The notes below the pieces were generated by a model. It was not told the origin of the DNA, searched no databases, and saw nothing but the letters and a program-made list of their open reading frames with translations. The position numbers were made by a program, and so were the translations under genes. DNA of 41,540 nucleotides from Gaiellales bacterium (lineage in GTDB: Bacteria; Actinomycetota; Thermoleophilia; Gaiellales; JAICJC01), in the NCBI GenBank assembly GCA_035537835.1, contig DATLLN010000118.1:1-41540 (forward strand), in the 5' to 3' direction. Shown one piece after another: positions 37,322 through 41,540 of this stretch; the first letter of the stretch is position 1; each line of letters opens with the position of its first letter.

Positions 37322-38458
37322 ATGGCGGACGTGATCGTGATCGGCGGCGGCATCGTCGGCGCCTCCGCCGCCTGGCAGCTCGCCGAGCTGGGCGCCCAGG
37401 TGACGCTGCTCGAGCGGGGCGCGCTGGCCTCTGGCGCCACCGCCCGCAGCCAGGGCCTGCTGCTGCCGCCCGACCACGCAGAGCTGCAGCCCGTGTTCGC
37501 CGAGACGATCCGCCTCTACCGCCGGCTGGCGGCCGAGACGGGGATCGACTTCGCGCTCGACGAGGAGCCGATCGGCACGCTGATGCTGGCGACGACCGAC
37601 GAGCAGCTGGCGGAGCTCGGCGCCAACCCCGACGGGGGCGTGCTGCTGGATCACGACGAAGTGCTGCGCGAGGAGCCGGCGCTTGCCCCGCACGTCGCCG
37701 GCGGCCTGCTGTACCCCGACGGGTTCCGCACCCACCCGGGCGCGCTGACCGCGGCCGCGGCGACGGCCGCCCGCACCGCCGGCGCGACCGTGCGCACCCA
37801 CGTCGAGGTGAAGCGCGTGACGCGCGGCCGGGTGGTGACCGACGAAGGGACGCTGGAGGCGGAGACGATCCTCCTGTGCGCCGGCGCCTGGACGCGGACG
37901 CTCGCCCGCGGGCTCGGGCACGACGTGCCGATCCGGCCCGTACGCGGCTGGCTGGCCGTCACCGCGCCCTCCGCACCGCTGATCCGCCACGTGATCTACG
38001 AGGCCGGCTACGCGGCGCCGCATGGGCCGCAGCCGGGCTCCCCGGTGTCGGTCGCCGATCTGGCGGCCGCCGACCTGGCGACGGCCGGCGCGGAACCGTC
38101 CCACGCCTTCGCCGCGCACCAGAACGCCGACGGCACGATCATGATCGGCGCCTCCCGCTCGGCCGCCCTGCGGGAGACCGACGAGAGCGCCGATGCGCTG
38201 CGGCTGAACGCGGCGGCGGCGCTGGAGTGGATCCCGGCTCTGGCGACCCACGAGGTGGCGACCACCTGGACCGGCCTTCGCCCGTTCTCCCACGACGACC
38301 GGCCGTACGTCGGCTGGCTCGAGGAGGGTGTCGCGGTGTGCGCAGGGCACGGCAGCGAGGGCGTTCTCACAGGCGGCGGCTCCGGACGGCTGATTGCGCA
38401 GATCGTCAAAGGGGAACAGCCTTATGTCGACCCGGCGCCGTTTCGCCCCGGCCGATGA
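37322..38458 (+). CDS. FAD-dependent oxidoreductase (DAO family; glycine/D-amino-acid oxidase-like)
   Basis: The product has an N-terminal Rossmann motif (VIVIGGGIVGASAAWQLA), with LLCAGAW and GHGSEG near the C-terminus. Confidence 0.85.
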   Translation: MADVIVIGGGIVGASAAWQLAELGAQVTLLERGALASGATARSQGLLLPPDHAELQPVFAETIRLYRRLAAETGIDFALDEEPIGTLMLATTDEQLAELGANPDGGVLLDHDEVLREEPALAPHVAGGLLYPDGFRTHPGALTAAAATAARTAGATVRTHVEVKRVTRGRVVTDEGTLEAETILLCAGAWTRTLARGLGHDVPIRPVRGWLAVTAPSAPLIRHVIYEAGYAAPHGPQPGSPVSVADLAAADLATAGAEPSHAFAAHQNADGTIMIGASRSAALRETDESADALRLNAAAALEWIPALATHEVATTWTGLRPFSHDDRPYVGWLEEGVAVCAGHGSEGVLTGGGSGRLIAQIVKGEQPYVDPAPFRPGR

Positions 38459-38522
38459 GTTCGCGGCCGGGCGCCGGTCCACCCTGAGAACCGAACGCGA
38501 GAGCGAGAGCAAGGAGTGCGTG

Positions 38523-39269
38523 ATGAGCCTTCCCGACATCGTCAGCCGTGAGCAATGGCTGGTGGCTCGAAAGCAGCTGCTGGCCGAGGAGAAGGAGATG
38601 ACCAGGGCGCACGACCGGCTCGCCGCCAAGCGGCGGATGCTGCCGATGGTGCTGATCGACAAGGAGTACGTCTTCCACGGCCCCGACGGCCCGGTGACGC
38701 TGCTCGACATGTTCGACGGCCGGCGGCAGCTGATCCTCCGCCACTTCATGTTCGGGCCGGACTGGGAGAAGGGCTGTCCCGGCTGCACCGCCGGCGCGGA
38801 CGAGATGTCCGACGGCCTGCTGCGCCATCTGAACGTCCGCGAGACGTCGTTCGCCGCGGTCGCCCGGGCGCCGATCGAGAAGCTCGAGGCCTACAAGGCG
38901 GAGCGGGGCTGGACGTTCCCGTTCTACTCGTCGTATGGCAGTGACTTCAACTACGACTTCCACGTGACGCTCGACGAATCCGTTGCCCCAATGGAGTACA
39001 ACTACCGCACGAAGGACGAGCACGAGGCGGCAGGCACCCCGGGCTACGTGTCGGGCACGCAGCCGATCGAGCAGCCGGGTGAGAGCTATTTTCTGCGTGA
39101 CGGCGACCAGGTGTTCCACACGTACTCGACGTTCGCCCGCGGGTCTGAGGCAGCCGGCGGCTCGTACTACTTCCTCGATCTGACCGCGCTCGGGCGGCAG
39201 GAGGAGTGGGAGGAGCCGAAGGGGCGCGTCGAGCGTCCGTACGACGCGTCGCCGGAGTTCGCCACCTGA
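38523..39269 (+). CDS. DUF899 thioredoxin-like family protein
   Basis: The ATG at 38523 is preceded by AAGGAG. The product has typical DUF899 blocks (REQWLVARKQLLAEEKEMTRAHD, CPGC, WTFPFYSS, FHTYSTFARG). Confidence 0.8.
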   Translation: MSLPDIVSREQWLVARKQLLAEEKEMTRAHDRLAAKRRMLPMVLIDKEYVFHGPDGPVTLLDMFDGRRQLILRHFMFGPDWEKGCPGCTAGADEMSDGLLRHLNVRETSFAAVARAPIEKLEAYKAERGWTFPFYSSYGSDFNYDFHVTLDESVAPMEYNYRTKDEHEAAGTPGYVSGTQPIEQPGESYFLRDGDQVFHTYSTFARGSEAAGGSYYFLDLTALGRQEEWEEPKGRVERPYDASPEFAT

Positions 39270-39286
39270 GCCGGTAGCATCGGCGC

Positions 39287-39673
39287 GTGCCGATCGACCA
39301 CGCGAAGCTGCCAATCACTGACGTCGATCGCAGCCGCGCGTTCTACACGGCCGCGCTCGCGCCGCTCGGCTGGAAGCTGGTGTACGACGACGGCGAGCGG
39401 GAGCTCGGGTACGGCGCCGGCGACGGCGGCGACGACGACGAGCCGCTGGGGCTGCTGCGCGGACCCGCCCCCGCCGTCCGCACGCATCTGGCGTTCACCG
39501 CACCGGACACGGCGACCGTTGACGCCTTCCACGCGGCGGCGCTCGCCGCGGGCGGCAGCGACAACGGCGCGCCCGGCGGGCGGCCGTACGGCGGCTACTA
39601 CTACGCCGCATTCGTGCTCGACCCCGACGGCCACAACCTGGAGGCCGTGTTCCACGGCGATCGGGCTGTCTGA
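39287..39673 (+). CDS. VOC/glyoxalase family protein
   Basis: The 128-aa product starts at GTG and has IDHAKLPITDVDRSRAFY, HLAF and AFVLDPDGHNLEAV. Confidence 0.8.
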   Translation: MPIDHAKLPITDVDRSRAFYTAALAPLGWKLVYDDGERELGYGAGDGGDDDEPLGLLRGPAPAVRTHLAFTAPDTATVDAFHAAALAAGGSDNGAPGGRPYGGYYYAAFVLDPDGHNLEAVFHGDRAV

Positions 39674-40825
39674 TCACTCCCCACCGGCGGCGCTGCTCAG
39701 CCGGCCTGCGGTCAGCGCGATCGCCAGCACCAGCAGGACGGGGATGAACAGCGCGGCGCGCAGGCCGACCTGGCCGGCGACAAACCCGATCACCGCGGGG
39801 CCGACGACCGAGCCCGCGTAGCCCACCGTGAACACACGCGAGACGACGCCCTCGGTGGTGCCCAGCCCCGCCCCGCCGGCGGCGCTGATCACGGTCGGCA
39901 CCACCGGTCCCAGCCCGATGCCCAGCAGGGCGAACCCGACCAGTCCCGCGGCCGGCACGGGGACGAGCAGGGCCAGCGCGAGCCCCGCGGCCGAGACAAT
40001 GCTGCCGGCCCGGGCCAGCCGCACCGGGCCGACCCGCAGCGCCATGCCGTCGCCCGCCAGCCGCGATGCCGCCATGGCCAGCGAGAAGCTGGCGAAGGCC
40101 GCCGCCGCGAGCGCCGGCCCGGCGCCCGCCCGGTCATGCTGGAAGACGGCGCTCCAGTCGGCCGCCGCGCCCTCGGCGAAGAACGAGCAGAAGGCGATCA
40201 TGCCGAGCACGATGACCGCCCCCGACCAGCGGTCGCCACGTCCGGCCCGGCGCGGCGGCGGCTCGCGCCGGGGCAGCCCCGTCAGCAGCGGCGCCGACAC
40301 GAGGATCGCCGCAGCTGCCACCAGCCCGAAGTGGGCGGTGGTGCTGAGATCGGCCGCCGCCGCGCCGATGGCGAGCGCGCCGCCGGCCAGCAACCCGATG
40401 CTCCACATCCCGTGGAACCCCGACATCAGCGGCCGCCCGTGCTCCCGCTCGACCACCACCGCCTCGGCGTTCGTGCACACGTCGACCGACGCCGCCACGA
40501 TGCCGTAGATCAGCAGCACGACGGCGATCGCGGCCAGCGAGCCGGCCAGCGCGGTCGCCACCAGCAGCGCCGCGTACGCCGGCATCCCGATGCGCACCAT
40601 CCGCCGCGGCCCGAAGCGCGCGGCCAGCACGCCGCCTACGCGGCCGCCGATCAGCGTGCCCATGGCCGCCGCGAACAGCGCCGCGCCGAGTTGCGCGTCG
40701 GTCACGCCCAGCCCGTGCTTGATCGCCGGCACCCGCCCGGCGAACGACCCGGTGATTACCGCGTGCACGAAGAACGCCGTCCCCACAGCCGTGCGCGGGC
40801 TCGCGAAGGTTCGGCTCCCCGTCAT
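39674..40825 (-). CDS. MFS transporter
   Basis: The 383-aa product from the ATG at 40825 has about 12 hydrophobic helices and an MFS loop motif (GGRVGGVLAARFGPRRM). Confidence 0.85.
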   Translation of the reverse strand: MTGSRTFASPRTAVGTAFFVHAVITGSFAGRVPAIKHGLGVTDAQLGAALFAAAMGTLIGGRVGGVLAARFGPRRMVRIGMPAYAALLVATALAGSLAAIAVVLLIYGIVAASVDVCTNAEAVVVEREHGRPLMSGFHGMWSIGLLAGGALAIGAAAADLSTTAHFGLVAAAAILVSAPLLTGLPRREPPPRRAGRGDRWSGAVIVLGMIAFCSFFAEGAAADWSAVFQHDRAGAGPALAAAAFASFSLAMAASRLAGDGMALRVGPVRLARAGSIVSAAGLALALLVPVPAAGLVGFALLGIGLGPVVPTVISAAGGAGLGTTEGVVSRVFTVGYAGSVVGPAVIGFVAGQVGLRAALFIPVLLVLAIALTAGRLSSAAGGE

Positions 40826-40834
40826 GCGTGGGAT

Positions 40835-40880
40835 CCTGCCAATTGGCGGATGGTGCGTCCGCCAATTGGCGGATGCATCG
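40835..40880. promoter_or_regulatory. Two tandem 23-bp repeats containing the CCGCCAATTGGCGG palindrome (probable operator pair)
   Basis: Copy 1 (40835-40857) reads cctGCCAATTGGCGGATGgtgcg. Copy 2 (40858-40880) reads tccGCCAATTGGCGGATGcatcg. They lie in the divergent MFS/XRE intergenic region. Confidence 0.6.
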
Positions 40881-40920
40881 TGTGCCACTTCATATCCGAT
40901 CCGATATCGTGGAGCGCGCG

Positions 40921-41172
40921 ATGTCGGAGGCCGGCAATCTGGTGCGAGAGCTGCGGCTGCGGCGGACGATGTCGCAGCGAGAGCTGGCCGAGCTGGCGGG
41001 GACGCGGCAGGCGGCGATCTCGCGAATCGAGCGGGGGCTGGTGTCGCCGAGCGTCGACACGCTGGAGCGAATCGTGGCCGCCATGGGCGAGCGGCTGATC
41101 CTCGCCGCGGAGCCGGGGGCTAATCGCGATGCGCGAACTGGGCGAGGCGCGCGGCGGTCGAGCGCGGGATGA
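40921..41172 (+). CDS. XRE family helix-turn-helix transcriptional regulator
   Basis: The 83-aa product from the ATG at 40921 has an HTH_3 pattern (LRLRRTMSQRELAELAGTRQAAISRIERG). Its 3' tail overlaps the convergent SDR gene by about 53 nt. Confidence 0.8.
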   Translation: MSEAGNLVRELRLRRTMSQRELAELAGTRQAAISRIERGLVSPSVDTLERIVAAMGERLILAAEPGANRDARTGRGARRSSAG

Positions 41173-41540
41173 GGCGCACGCCGACGCTGCCCAGGCGGTT
41201 GAGGGTGCCCGGCACGACCAGGCCCTTGCCGGTCATCATGCCGCGGAAGCCCTCCTCGGCGACCTGCTCGACGTCGGTGATGCTGCGGGTGAACAGGCGC
41301 GACTCGCCCACCCCGGCGCGATGCTGGAAGCCGGTGCGCACCGGCCCCGGCGCCAGCGTGGTGACGCTGACGCCCGTGCCCCGCAGCTCCTGGCGCAGGC
41401 CCTCGGACAGGCTGAGCACGTACGCCTTGGTCGCGTAATACGCGGCCATGTTCGGCCCCGGCTGGAAGGCGGCCATCGAAGCCAGGTTCATGACCCGGCC
41501 GGATCCGCGCTCGACCATCGACGGCAGGTACAGCCGGGTC
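41120..41540 (-). CDS. SDR family oxidoreductase (5'-truncated by the window edge)
   Basis: The C-terminal half of an SDR is present (NLASMAAF, YYATKAYV catalytic Tyr-x3-Lys, LAPGPVRT). The reading frame stays open to position 41540. Confidence 0.8.
   Translation of the reverse strand, partial: TRLYLPSMVERGSGRVMNLASMAAFQPGPNMAAYYATKAYVLSLSEGLRQELRGTGVSVTTLAPGPVRTGFQHRAGVGESRLFTRSITDVEQVAEEGFRGMMTGKGLVVPGTLNRLGSVGVRLIPRSTAARLAQFAHRD

Noticed and set aside
40921-41172. The XRE HTH protein as the antitoxin of a toxin-antitoxin pair.
   Set aside because: No small co-oriented partner ORF is adjacent. The neighbours are a divergent MFS transporter and a convergent SDR, so a local transporter regulator is the simpler reading.

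Overview
Very GC-rich, almost gap-free 41.5 kb of core chromosome. I found no tRNA, rRNA, CRISPR array, IS or transposase, prophage or recognisable defence island. Gene content and order look actinobacterial and possibly deep-branching, but that is inference only. About 42 genes are supported, 33 of them on the minus strand in three tightly coupled strings. String 1 is xerD-GNAT-Kelch-deoB-deoA-mutM-ybaK-tag-recO-glyQ-glyS. String 2 is pyrG-M32-M20-ald. String 3 is aroC-aroKB-(small membrane ORF)...aroQ-pepP-efp-[PycB-like::AccB]-accC-asp23-nusB-xseB-ispA-tlyA-nadK-recN. The right end (35.5-41.5 kb) is more accessory-like: SDR, A24 prepilin peptidase, FAD oxidoreductase, DUF899, VOC, MFS transporter, XRE regulator and a second SDR. 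I could not identify a clear new multi-gene system. The best second-look candidates follow. (1) The gene in the accB slot encodes a full AccB fused to an oxaloacetate-decarboxylase-alpha/PycB-like carboxyltransferase barrel in which every metal-site motif is substituted. (2) Two near-identical GC-rich palindromes lie between nadK and recN. (3) A 23-bp tandem repeat carrying a 14-bp perfect palindrome lies between the MFS and XRE genes. (4) The ispA-like gene has a conserved N-terminus that lies upstream of any ATG/GTG/TTG, implying a CTG start overlapping the xseB stop. (5) A 1143-aa Zn-ribbon/class III cyclase/P-loop/TPR protein lies convergent with recN. Many ORF-track entries are antisense or N-terminally over-extended high-GC shadow ORFs and were rejected.
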